A program made the translations under genes and the position numbers. Under the pieces are notes generated by a model. The model was not told the DNA's origin. It saw only the letters and a program-made list of their open reading frames with translations, and did not search any database. A stretch of DNA of 53,235 nt from a virus (Duplodnaviria; Caudoviricetes): the IMG/VR virus record IMGVR_UViG_3300025083_000044, positions 1-53,235 of that record. The stretch is one strand, 5' to 3'. Within the stretch, counting starts at the first letter, position 1, and each line of letters begins with the position of its first letter. Of the stretch, positions 9,715-18,262 are shown piece by piece.

Positions 9715-10623
9715 ATGGCTATTAATAGATCCCAATTAGCAAAAGAACTAGAGCCTGGTCTTAATGCCCTTTTCGGCATGGAGTATGCAAGGTACGATTC
9801 TGAACACGAAGAAATCTACGAAACAGAATCTTCAGATAGAGCGTTTGAAGAAGAAGTAATGATTGTTGGTTTTGGTAACGCTTCAGTTAAAGCTGAAGGA
9901 GCTGGAGTATCGTTTGATAACGCTACTGAAGGCTTTACATCACGTTATAACCATGAAACTGTTGCTTTAGCTTTTGCTCTTACAGAAGAAGCTGTAGAAG
10001 ATAATCTTTACGATAGACTTGGTTCAAGGTATACAAAAGCCTTGGCTAGATCTATGGCTAACACTAAGCAGATTAAAGCTGCTTCTGTGTTAAACAATGC
10101 GTTTGACAGTAATTTTACTGGTGGCGACGGTCAACCACTTGTTTCTAGCTCTCACCCTCTCGGTGGTGGCGGAACTGCAAGTAACAGACCTTCAACATAT
10201 ACAGACCTTAACGAAACTTCATTAGAAGATGCGTTAATTTCTATCTCAACTTTAACCGATGACAGACAATTACAAATTGCTCTAAAAGGTATGAAGTTGA
10301 TTGTTCCACCTCAATTGCAGTTTGTCGCTGATAGATTGATCAACACTCCTGGCAGAGTTGGTACATCTGACAATGACATTAACGCTATTAGGAATATGGG
10401 TATGTGTCCTGATGGATATGTGGTTAACCACTATCTAACAGACAATGATGCTTGGTTCTTAAAAACAGATTGTCCAGATGGCTTTAAACACTTCCAAAGA
10501 AGTCCTATGTCAACAGCCCTAGAGGGTGATTTCGATACTGGTAACATGCGTTACAAAGCTAGAGAAAGATACTCTTTCGGTTTCTCCAATTGGAGAGCTG
10601 TTTTCGCTTCTCAAGGTGCTTAA
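9715..10623 (+). CDS. major capsid protein (HTVC010P-type/Mu gpT-like)
   Basis: MAINRSQLAKELEPGLNALFG...DFDTGNMRYKARERYSFG; followed by strong terminator. Confidence 0.9.
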   Translation: MAINRSQLAKELEPGLNALFGMEYARYDSEHEEIYETESSDRAFEEEVMIVGFGNASVKAEGAGVSFDNATEGFTSRYNHETVALAFALTEEAVEDNLYDRLGSRYTKALARSMANTKQIKAASVLNNAFDSNFTGGDGQPLVSSSHPLGGGGTASNRPSTYTDLNETSLEDALISISTLTDDRQLQIALKGMKLIVPPQLQFVADRLINTPGRVGTSDNDINAIRNMGMCPDGYVVNHYLTDNDAWFLKTDCPDGFKHFQRSPMSTALEGDFDTGNMRYKARERYSFGFSNWRAVFASQGA

Positions 10624-10638
10624 TTCTTAGCAATTGAT

Positions 10639-10667
10639 AAAAGGGGAGCATTTGCTCCCCTTTTTTT
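10639..10667 (+). terminator. intrinsic terminator after MCP
   Basis: AAAAGGGGAGCA-loop-TGCTCCCC followed by T run. Confidence 0.85.
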
Positions 10668-10739
10668 ATACAAAAATTTACAAAAAGCTACCTATAATTA
10701 GATTCTTGATGTAGAATTTGAGTAAACCGAGGTATATTT

Positions 10740-11156
10740 ATGAATACTGGTTTACATATGAGTATTAGCTTAGCTAACTCACCCTGCAATGGGCGTTGTT
10801 CAACGTCAATGGCTCCCTTTGACGAAAGATGTCAAGGTTGCGGCCGAGATATAGAAGAAATAAGAGACTGGGAAACATATCCAGACTTCAGCAAAAAACT
10901 AATTAATGTAAAAAACTGGCTGGATGGTTATAATATTAGACAGAAAAAAGAATCTACAATGACAGCAAAAGATATTCAAAAAATAAAAGATATAGATGGC
11001 AGAATGACAACTGTTATAGCTCTAGTTGAGATGATTGGTAAAGATATGATAGATGAGTTTGGCAAAGATCCAGCAATTAAAGAGTCTTATCAAGCTTTAT
11101 TTAAATGCAGAGAAGAAATTTTAAAATCTAAAGAAAACTTCCCTCAAGACCTCTAA
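10740..11156 (+). CDS. DUF1289-like Cys-rich (putative Fe-S) protein
   Basis: SPCNGRCS...CQGCGRDIEEIRDW matches the DUF1289 pattern. Confidence 0.75.
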   Translation: MNTGLHMSISLANSPCNGRCSTSMAPFDERCQGCGRDIEEIRDWETYPDFSKKLINVKNWLDGYNIRQKKESTMTAKDIQKIKDIDGRMTTVIALVEMIGKDMIDEFGKDPAIKESYQALFKCREEILKSKENFPQDL

Positions 11157-11175
11157 AGTAGTATAGTTATCTAAA

Positions 11176-11231
11176 CCGAAGTAACCCGTTGTACCAACTG
11201 ATTCGGCAGACTTACTCCAAGATGGCGCAAC
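11176..11231 (+). ncRNA. pseudoknotted structured RNA downstream of capsid gene (possibly the Mu-gpT-DE motif)
   Basis: CCGAA/TTCGG stem interleaved with GTTGTACCA/TGGCGCAAC; family name is from recollection of context, not a search. Confidence 0.5.
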
Positions 11232-11252
11232 ATATTTAGTTAGGAGACAATA

Positions 11253-11762
11253 ATGGCTAAATCAACTTTTTCAGGTCCAGTCAAATCTTTGGCAGGATTT
11301 ATTTCAGCAGGGGTTAATAACTCTGTTTCTTTAACCGCAGATACTACTTTAACAGTAGATGCACATGCAGGGAAAATCTTGTTGTGTAACGATGCAGATG
11401 GTAAATTTACTTTGCCTTCAATCGTATCAACAACACCAAGCGATCCTACAGATCCTAATCAGACAAACAATATTGGTGCTACTTTCAATTTCTATATTGA
11501 AACAGCAGCTACTGATCTTGATATTAAAACTGATGGAACTGATAAATTCAAAGGTGCAATTCTTATCGCTATCGATGATAGTACAAAGAAAGCTTTTGTT
11601 CCAGGTGCATCCAATGATGTTATAACAATGAATGGTTCAACCAAAGGTGGAATCGTGGGAAGTATTGTTAGCTGTACAGCTATTGATACTGCTACATATC
11701 TTGTTCATAATTCATTATTAATTGGTTCAGGAACTATAGTTACACCATACGCTGACGCGTAA
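11253..11762 (+). CDS. virion structural protein
   Basis: MAKSTFSGPV N-terminus, beta-rich, strong AGGAG RBS. Confidence 0.75.
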   Translation: MAKSTFSGPVKSLAGFISAGVNNSVSLTADTTLTVDAHAGKILLCNDADGKFTLPSIVSTTPSDPTDPNQTNNIGATFNFYIETAATDLDIKTDGTDKFKGAILIAIDDSTKKAFVPGASNDVITMNGSTKGGIVGSIVSCTAIDTATYLVHNSLLIGSGTIVTPYADA

Positions 11763-11776
11763 TTTAGGAGCTAACT

Positions 11777-12076
11777 ATGGCAGGTAGAATTGTAGGCTCA
11801 GATGTAAAAACAGCTACTAGCACCAGCTCCGCTACTGGCGGAGCTGTTTTGCAAGCAGGCAGATCTAGATTAAGAGGTTATGTTATCGCAGGAGGATCTT
11901 CTGACGGTACTGTAACTTTTAGAGACGGTTCTGTTACTGGCACCACTCTTCTTATTGCTCCTTGTAATGCAAATGATACTGAAACTATGAATATTCCAGA
12001 TTCTGGGGTTTTATTTTCAGATGGTATTCATGTTGTATTAAGCAATATAGACAGAGTAACTGTTTTTCATTCTTAG
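11777..12076 (+). CDS. small virion structural protein
   Basis: IPDSGVLFSDGIHV beta-sandwich-like; AGGAG RBS. Confidence 0.7.
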   Translation: MAGRIVGSDVKTATSTSSATGGAVLQAGRSRLRGYVIAGGSSDGTVTFRDGSVTGTTLLIAPCNANDTETMNIPDSGVLFSDGIHVVLSNIDRVTVFHS

Positions 12077-12088
12077 TTTTTATTTTTG

Positions 12089-12113
12089 TAGTAGCACTTC
12101 TATAGTGCTACTA
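12089..12113. repeat. 10-bp perfect inverted repeat
   Basis: TAGTAGCACT-tctat-AGTGCTACTA in intergenic DNA. Confidence 0.7.
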
Positions 12114-12124
12114 TATTAAGTGTT

Positions 12125-12427
12125 ATGGCAGAACGAAAAAAAGCAAAACCTATACGTAAAACAACTAAAGGTAAAGGCGCTAATTACCGCCCCACCAAGT
12201 CTGGTGCTGGTATGACTAAAAAAGGTGTGGCAGCCTATCGTAAAGCTAATCCTGGATCTAAATTAAAAACAGCTGTAACAGGCAAAGTTAAAAAAGGCAG
12301 CAAAGCTGCAAAAAGACGTAAATCATATTGCGCTAGATCTCTTGGACAGCTTAAACGTAGTTCAGCTAAAACAAGAAATGATCCTAACTCAAGAATACGT
12401 CAAGCAAGACGAAGGTGGAAATGTTAA
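12125..12427 (+). CDS. small highly basic protein (DUF6321-like)
   Basis: GMTKKGVAAYRKANPGSKLK...RRKSYCARS...ARRRWKC. Confidence 0.7.
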   Translation: MAERKKAKPIRKTTKGKGANYRPTKSGAGMTKKGVAAYRKANPGSKLKTAVTGKVKKGSKAAKRRKSYCARSLGQLKRSSAKTRNDPNSRIRQARRRWKC

Positions 12428-12661
12428 ATGGCTAGTGGAAAAAAAGATGCTTGTTATCATAAAGTAAAGCGTAGTGCGAAAGTTTGGCCTAGTGCATATG
12501 CTAGTGGCAGATTAGTCCAATGCAGAAAAGTTGGCGCAGCTAATTACGGCAATAGCAAGAAAAGAACAAAAAAATTTGCTGGTGGCGAAGTAACATTTGT
12601 TAAAGCAAAAGGTTTAAACAAGATGCTTTCAGGCAAAAGAACAAAAACCAAATTAAGCTAA
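12428..12661 (+). CDS. small basic protein
   Basis: KKDACYHKVK...WPSAYASG; coupled to neighbours. Confidence 0.7.
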   Translation: MASGKKDACYHKVKRSAKVWPSAYASGRLVQCRKVGAANYGNSKKRTKKFAGGEVTFVKAKGLNKMLSGKRTKTKLS

Positions 12662-12960
12662 TGGCTAAAAAAGAAACACTTAGAGATTGGTTTTCTAAAA
12701 ATGATGGTACAGGATGGGTGGACTGTAAAACTGGCAAGCCGTGCGGTAGAAAAAAAGGTGAAAAACGCAGAAGTTATCCTGCCTGTAGACCAACAAAAGC
12801 TCAATGTACATCAGCAGCCAAAAAAAAGACCAGCTCCAAAAGAATTAGCTGGAAAGACGGTAGGACAAAAAAAGCAAAAGGAGGTCCTATAAATATCTAT
12901 ATAGCAAGAGGTTGTGGTAAAGTAATGAGCAACCGAAGAAAGAAAACTAAAGAATATTAG
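12661..12960 (+). CDS. small basic Cys-containing protein
   Basis: LRDWF...WVDCKTGKPCGR...YPACRP...ARGCGKV. Confidence 0.7.
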   Translation: MAKKETLRDWFSKNDGTGWVDCKTGKPCGRKKGEKRRSYPACRPTKAQCTSAAKKKTSSKRISWKDGRTKKAKGGPINIYIARGCGKVMSNRRKKTKEY

Positions 12961-12968
12961 GAGTAATA

Positions 12969-13184
12969 ATGTTTAAAAAAACTAAAGGCTACTCTAAAGG
13001 TGGCAAAAAAGGCGGAATAAAATCCAAAGGTATGTCTAAAGGCGGGAAAAGAGGCGGAATAAAAAAAATGTCTAAGGGCGGTATGGCTAAAGGATATAGG
13101 AATGGTGGCGTGACTAAAGGATATAGGAATGGCGGCATGACTAAAGGAAACTCAAAAGGTGGGAAAAAGGGCGGAAAAGGATAA
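12969..13184 (+). CDS. K/G-rich repeat protein
   Basis: repeated KGG/NGG units; AGGAG RBS. Confidence 0.75.
   Translation: MFKKTKGYSKGGKKGGIKSKGMSKGGKRGGIKKMSKGGMAKGYRNGGVTKGYRNGGMTKGNSKGGKKGGKG
13083..13163 (+). repeat. 27-bp tandem repeat (two near-perfect copies, one degenerate)
   Basis: RTGRCTAAAGGATATAGGAATGGYGGC at 13083 and 13110, degenerate copy at 13137. Confidence 0.85.
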
Positions 13185-13190
13185 GTAGTA

Positions 13191-13868
13191 GTGTCTTATC
13201 TATATAGTAATATTCCTCATTTCAAATGTTGGGTGAGGAAAGAATATACGCACAATCATGATAAGTATCATGGTGAGTTTTTGCATGCTATGGCTGTTGG
13301 CGTTACAACAATGCCAAACAGATGTCTTAGTTTCCATATAATTTTTACTGGTGTTGAAGCAGAAGGCGAGCCAGAAGATACGATTCATGGTGGCGCTATG
13401 TGGGCTCGTATGCCAATTACAGCTTTAGTTGGTGATACTCCTTTTGAAGAATGGCCAGAGCCAATGCAAGTTCATGACGCTCAGCCCTGGGATTGTTCTT
13501 CTCATCATAATTCAGTCTACGTTATTGATAGGGCAACTCCTTGTCCTTGGTTGGCTAAAATAGACGGTAAAATGTTTCCAGCAAAATATTACTTTACTGT
13601 TGATTATGCAGAAAGCGAGATAGCAGATGATCCTGCCCAGCATAAAAGCAGTCATGTTTTAGAGTTATTAGACGCAGGAGAATGGACTGGAAATATAGTT
13701 GCTCTGCCAAATAATAGAGTTAGGGTTACACACCCAGCTTGGTTCCAAGTTGGCTCTGGGGCGCCTGACTTTAGACCATCTCAACATATACATTATTCTA
13801 AATCTGATTTAGACTATACCTTAGATGTAAATCGAGTTTTCGATAATTTATATAACGAGGATGAATAA
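13191..13868 (+). CDS. conserved phage protein of unknown function
   Basis: 225-aa ORF, His/Trp/Cys-rich, in structural arm. Confidence 0.8.
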   Translation: MSYLYSNIPHFKCWVRKEYTHNHDKYHGEFLHAMAVGVTTMPNRCLSFHIIFTGVEAEGEPEDTIHGGAMWARMPITALVGDTPFEEWPEPMQVHDAQPWDCSSHHNSVYVIDRATPCPWLAKIDGKMFPAKYYFTVDYAESEIADDPAQHKSSHVLELLDAGEWTGNIVALPNNRVRVTHPAWFQVGSGAPDFRPSQHIHYSKSDLDYTLDVNRVFDNLYNEDE

Positions 13869-13993
13869 TGGCTGATCTATCAGTTGCTCAAAAAAGAAAA
13901 TTAATAAAAGAACTTAAAGGCGCTTCTAAGCTTCATGCAAAGCAAGCGGCTCAAATAGAAAGATCTTTAAAAAAAACTAAAAAGAAAAAATAA
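13868..13993 (+). CDS. 41-aa basic protein (not in ORF track)
   Basis: MADLSVAQKRKLIKELKGASKLHAKQA...; GAGG RBS; TAATG coupling at both ends. Confidence 0.7.
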   Translation: MADLSVAQKRKLIKELKGASKLHAKQAAQIERSLKKTKKKK

Positions 13994-14664
13994 TGTCAGT
14001 TTCAGGCAGTACAGATTTTGAACCGAATGTAGCTGAGTTCGTTGAGGAAGCGTTTGAAAGATGCGGCCTAGAACTTAGAACTGGTTATGATTTAAAAACT
14101 GCTAGAAGATCTATTAATTTAATGCTTGCTGAATGGGCTAACAGAGGTCTAAACCAATGGACAATAGAACAAGACACTCAAACTGTTACTAAAGGAACGG
14201 CTGAATACACCTTAAATTCTAATGTAATTGACATTCTAGATGTTGTCTTAAGACGTACAACAAATGGAGAGCAAACTGATATTTCTATAGAAAGATTAAG
14301 TAGAAGTTCTTATTTGAATATTCCTAATAAAACAACTCAAAGCATGCCGTCTCAATGGTTTTTAGATAAGCTAAATACACCTGTTTTAAAAGTTTGGCCT
14401 ACGCCAGAAAACTCAACAGACATTTTGGTTTTTAACAAAATGGTAAGAATGGATGATGCCGACGCTGGAACTAATACAATGGATATGCCATTTAGGTTTT
14501 ATCCTTGTTTTGCAGCAGGTCTTGCATATTATATTGCAATTAAAAGAGCGCCAGAAAAAGCTCAACTACTAAAACAATTATACGAAGAAGAATTTGATAG
14601 GGCCATGTCTACTGATGAGGATAAAGCATCATTTAGAATTAGGCCTTTTAATAGTTTGAGGTAA
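13993..14664 (+). CDS. head-tail adaptor/tail tubular protein
   Basis: EEAFERCG...LKVWPTP...AGLAYYIA...YEEEFDRA typical of podovirus adaptors. Confidence 0.7.
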   Translation: MSVSGSTDFEPNVAEFVEEAFERCGLELRTGYDLKTARRSINLMLAEWANRGLNQWTIEQDTQTVTKGTAEYTLNSNVIDILDVVLRRTTNGEQTDISIERLSRSSYLNIPNKTTQSMPSQWFLDKLNTPVLKVWPTPENSTDILVFNKMVRMDDADAGTNTMDMPFRFYPCFAAGLAYYIAIKRAPEKAQLLKQLYEEEFDRAMSTDEDKASFRIRPFNSLR

Positions 14665-14665
14665 C

Positions 14666-15388
14666 ATGTCTTACGCTTCAGGTAAATTTGCAGTAGGTTT
14701 ATGCGATAGATGCGCGTTTGAATATCCTTTAAAAGACTTAAAAAAAGAATGGACTGGTTTTAAAGTTTGTAGTGAATGCTTTGAACCAAAACACCCTCAA
14801 TTAGAACCGCATACAGCTCCAGCTGATTCTCAAGCAATTTATCAGCCAAGACCAGATACAGATAAAGAAGTAGGCGAAGGTCAAGTTGTCGTTGTTTATA
14901 ATGATATTTACAAACCTCACTTTATGAGTTCAAGCATTATAGGTTCAAATTTTTCATTGCCTCAATCAACTGGTGATATTGGAAGTATAACTGTTAGTAC
15001 AGATGGATCAGTAACACCTAGTCCTAGCCCAACACCTGCACCAACACCTAGTCCATCTGTTACAACCTATACAGTAACTGTTGCTAGTTATTATGGATCT
15101 AATTATTATTATATAGATGGGTCTAGGGCTCCAACCCTTTCTTTAACAGAAGGACAAACTTACAAATTTGACCAGTCTGATAGTACAAATAACAATCATC
15201 CCTTAAGGATTTCAACTACTGCAAATGGAACTCATGCTGGTGGATCTGAATATACAACAGGAGTTACAACAAGCGGAACGCCTGGAAGCTCAGGAGCATA
15301 TACTCAGATAGAAGTTGCATCAGGGGCACCTACGCTTTATTATTACTGTACTAACCACTCAGGTATGGGTGGGCAATTAAATACTTAA
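14666..15388 (+). CDS. Zn-ribbon protein fused to cupredoxin-like domain
   Basis: CDRC...CSEC N-terminus; PSPSPTPAPTPSP linker; HPL...YYYCTNHSGMG C-terminus. Confidence 0.7.
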   Translation: MSYASGKFAVGLCDRCAFEYPLKDLKKEWTGFKVCSECFEPKHPQLEPHTAPADSQAIYQPRPDTDKEVGEGQVVVVYNDIYKPHFMSSSIIGSNFSLPQSTGDIGSITVSTDGSVTPSPSPTPAPTPSPSVTTYTVTVASYYGSNYYYIDGSRAPTLSLTEGQTYKFDQSDSTNNNHPLRISTTANGTHAGGSEYTTGVTTSGTPGSSGAYTQIEVASGAPTLYYYCTNHSGMGGQLNT

Positions 15389-15389
15389 T

Positions 15390-16073
15390 ATGAGCAGTCC
15401 TTTAACATTATCAGAATTAAAAACTTTAATTCAAGATTTTTCAGAAAACTCTGAAACAACTTTTGTTAATACTTTAGATGATATTATTAAAAATGCAGAA
15501 GAAAGAATATTTGAATTAGTTCAGTTTGATTATTTTAGAAGAAATGTTCAAGGATCTATGACAGCTGGCTCTAGGTTTTTAACAGCACCAGATGATTTTG
15601 AATTGTCTTTTTCTCTTGCATGTATAGATAGTACAGGTAAATATTATTATCTTGATAAAAAACATCCGAGTTTTATGCAAGAATATACTCCAGATCCAAC
15701 AGATTCAGGATCAAGAGGTCTTCCTTTATATTATGGTGACTTTGACAAAAACTTAAATACTGGAACAAAAGAATCAACACTAATCATTGCTCCAGTTCCA
15801 GATCAAAATTATACAACTGAGCTACACTATTTATATAAACCTAACTCTTTAGTTACAGATACAACAGGGACTTGGATGTCAGAACATGCAAGAAATGGGT
15901 TATTATACGCATGTCTAGTTGAGGCTTATATTTTTATGAAAGGCGATGCTGATATGATGAAACTATACGAAGATAGATTTCAACAAGAAATGGCAAGATT
16001 AAAAAATAAAGCAGAGGCAAGAGGAAGAAGAGACGAATACAGATATGATTCGTTGAGAACACAGATTACTTAG
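15390..16073 (+). CDS. second adaptor/tail protein
   Basis: IKNAEERI...IAPVPDQNYTTELHY...LLYACLVEAY. Confidence 0.65.
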   Translation: MSSPLTLSELKTLIQDFSENSETTFVNTLDDIIKNAEERIFELVQFDYFRRNVQGSMTAGSRFLTAPDDFELSFSLACIDSTGKYYYLDKKHPSFMQEYTPDPTDSGSRGLPLYYGDFDKNLNTGTKESTLIIAPVPDQNYTTELHYLYKPNSLVTDTTGTWMSEHARNGLLYACLVEAYIFMKGDADMMKLYEDRFQQEMARLKNKAEARGRRDEYRYDSLRTQIT

Positions 16074-16093
16074 TTTTTAAAAAAGGAGAAGAT

Positions 16094-16837
16094 ATGAAAC
16101 CAATCAAGAAACTTGAAGGTAAAACCGTAGCTATTGTCGGAATGGGTAGTAGTTGGTTTGATTATAATTTAGCAAAATCGCATGGAGCTCATTTTGATGA
16201 GGTTTGGGCTATTAACTCAGTAGCCTCTGTTATATTTCATGACAGGGTGTTTATGATGGACCCAGCTTCTAGATTTTTAGATACTGATGATGCGGGCGGC
16301 CAAACCAATAGTATGTCTAAACTTCTTACAGAGCATGAAGGCCCAGTTTACACATGCGAAAAAGATGATCGTTGTCCTGGGTTAGTAGAATACCCGATTG
16401 AAGAAGTGTTAAGTGCATGTGGCTGTCATTATTTAAACAATACAGTTTCTTATGCAGTAGCATTTGCTGTTTGGAATAAGGTTGCAAAAATAAAATTATT
16501 TGGAATTGATTTTAGTTATAAAGGTAATTTGCATTTTGCTGAATCAGGCAGAGCATCTGTAGAGTTTTGGTTAAGCAAAGCTATGAATCAAGGCATCCAA
16601 GTTGAAGTTGCACATACAAGCTATTTGCTTGATACAGCAGTTCCTGCTGATGAAAAACTTTATGGCTATCATAGGCTGGATGACCCCTTGGTTGTTATTA
16701 CAGATGAAAATGGAATATTAATTGCTAAAAAAAGAAGCCAAGTTCAACAGTTTAAACAAGAGCAAGAACCTGTTTTAATTGATAGAAATGATAGCCACCT
16801 TAAAAAAAATAAAGTAGGAGAGCCTAACAAATGGTAA
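16094..16837 (+). CDS. Rossmann-like putative enzyme (MptE/glycosyltransferase-like)
   Basis: VAIVGMGSS...DEVWAIN...TVSYAVAFA...IKLFGIDF. Confidence 0.5.
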   Translation: MKPIKKLEGKTVAIVGMGSSWFDYNLAKSHGAHFDEVWAINSVASVIFHDRVFMMDPASRFLDTDDAGGQTNSMSKLLTEHEGPVYTCEKDDRCPGLVEYPIEEVLSACGCHYLNNTVSYAVAFAVWNKVAKIKLFGIDFSYKGNLHFAESGRASVEFWLSKAMNQGIQVEVAHTSYLLDTAVPADEKLYGYHRLDDPLVVITDENGILIAKKRSQVQQFKQEQEPVLIDRNDSHLKKNKVGEPNKW

Positions 16838-17124
16838 TGAGTTATAAAGCTGGTCCAGAGCTAGGCGTAATAGAGGTTCATACAACAGATGAGGGAGGAC
16901 ACTCTACTGAGTTTTGGGCAAAGCGTTGTATAGAAAAAATGATTCATGTTAGTGATGATGCGCCTGAAGAAATAAAAAAACAGGTGCAGACCTACAAAGA
17001 CAATATAGAAAAACTTATTGAACTATATATGCAAAATGCTATAAAATCTGATAGGATTACAATTAATAATCAATTAGATAAAGCAGGCTTAAAAGAGGCT
17101 GCCGATTTAATTAGGAAACTATAA
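16831..17124 (+). CDS. conserved hypothetical protein
   Basis: overlap-coupled ORF in tail region. Confidence 0.7.
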   Translation: MVMSYKAGPELGVIEVHTTDEGGHSTEFWAKRCIEKMIHVSDDAPEEIKKQVQTYKDNIEKLIELYMQNAIKSDRITINNQLDKAGLKEAADLIRKL

Positions 17125-17128
17125 TATT

Positions 17129-17554
17129 ATGGCAATATCATCAACACTTACAACAAGCTTTAAGAAAGAGCTTCTTCTTGGCAATCATAACTTTGCTACC
17201 AATGGAGATGCGTTTAAATTAGCTTTGTATACTTCATCAGCTACTTTAGGAGCTACCACAACTTCTTTCACCACTACAGGTCAAGCATCTGGTACTAACT
17301 ATTCTTCAGGTGGAGGAACTTTAACTAAAGTTGCACCTACAAGTTCTGGTACTACAGCCTTTACTGATTTTGGTGATTTGACTTTTAGTACAGCTACTAT
17401 TACTGCTAGAGGATGTATGATTTATAACAGCTCTGACAGTAACAAATCAGTAGCAACAATTGACTTTGGTGGCGATAAAACATCTACCGCTGGAGACTTC
17501 ACTATTGTATTCCCAGCAGCAGCAGCTTCTACAGCGATTATAAGAATCGCCTAG
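17129..17554 (+). CDS. tail structural protein
   Basis: TSFKKELL...FKLALYTSSA...DFGGDKTST; T/S/A-rich. Confidence 0.7.
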   Translation: MAISSTLTTSFKKELLLGNHNFATNGDAFKLALYTSSATLGATTTSFTTTGQASGTNYSSGGGTLTKVAPTSSGTTAFTDFGDLTFSTATITARGCMIYNSSDSNKSVATIDFGGDKTSTAGDFTIVFPAAAASTAIIRIA

Positions 17555-17560
17555 CCTTAA

Positions 17561-18208
17561 ATGGCTATCATTAACGGTTGGGGTCGAGGCACCTGGGGTC
17601 AATTAACCTGGGGCGAACCCATTCCCGTTACTCTTTCAGCGCCTTCGGCGGCAACATCTGCTTTAGGTACTGTATCAGTTGTAGCGAAAGCAAAAGTATC
17701 ACCTAGCGGTTTATCTGCCACAATTACTAATGGAGGCGTAGCAGTTGATGCTGCTGGTGAAGTTGGAGTCAATGGCTTTGCTGGTGTATCAGCGGTTGGA
17801 GTTCCGACAACTGTATCTACTAACAATATTAGCGTAAGTGGGCTAGCGGCCACATCTGCTCTAGGTGCGCCTGGAGTAAACGGTCAAGCTGTAGCATCAG
17901 TTGCAGGGCTTACATCAACTCTTGGCTCAGTATCAGTAGATGTAGATGGTGAGGCTAATGTTGCAGTTACAGGTGTAGCAGCAACAGGAGCTGTAGCCAC
18001 ACCTAGCACCATAACTGATAATAGGTTTAGTGTAAGCGATACTCTTGGCAACCTTCGTAGTTCTGACCCGTTTGTTAATCCAACGGTTAACGCAGCATGC
18101 AACTTTACAATAACAGGCGTATCAGCTACAGGAGAAATAGGACATGTATTTAAATGGCAAGATATTGATGAATCTCAAACGCCTAATTGGACAGACGTAG
18201 CTGCATAA
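17561..18208 (+). CDS. tail structural protein
   Basis: GWGRGTWGQLTWG N-terminus; quasi-repeated VSGLAATSALG units. Confidence 0.65.
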   Translation: MAIINGWGRGTWGQLTWGEPIPVTLSAPSAATSALGTVSVVAKAKVSPSGLSATITNGGVAVDAAGEVGVNGFAGVSAVGVPTTVSTNNISVSGLAATSALGAPGVNGQAVASVAGLTSTLGSVSVDVDGEANVAVTGVAATGAVATPSTITDNRFSVSDTLGNLRSSDPFVNPTVNAACNFTITGVSATGEIGHVFKWQDIDESQTPNWTDVAA

Positions 18209-18262
18209 TTTAATATACAATAAGCAATTTAAAATGGCATAATAAATGCTCAGAGGTAAGAA

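Noticed and set aside
12089-12113. Hairpin as an intrinsic terminator
   Set aside because: No U tract on the correct side on either strand; kept only as an inverted repeat.
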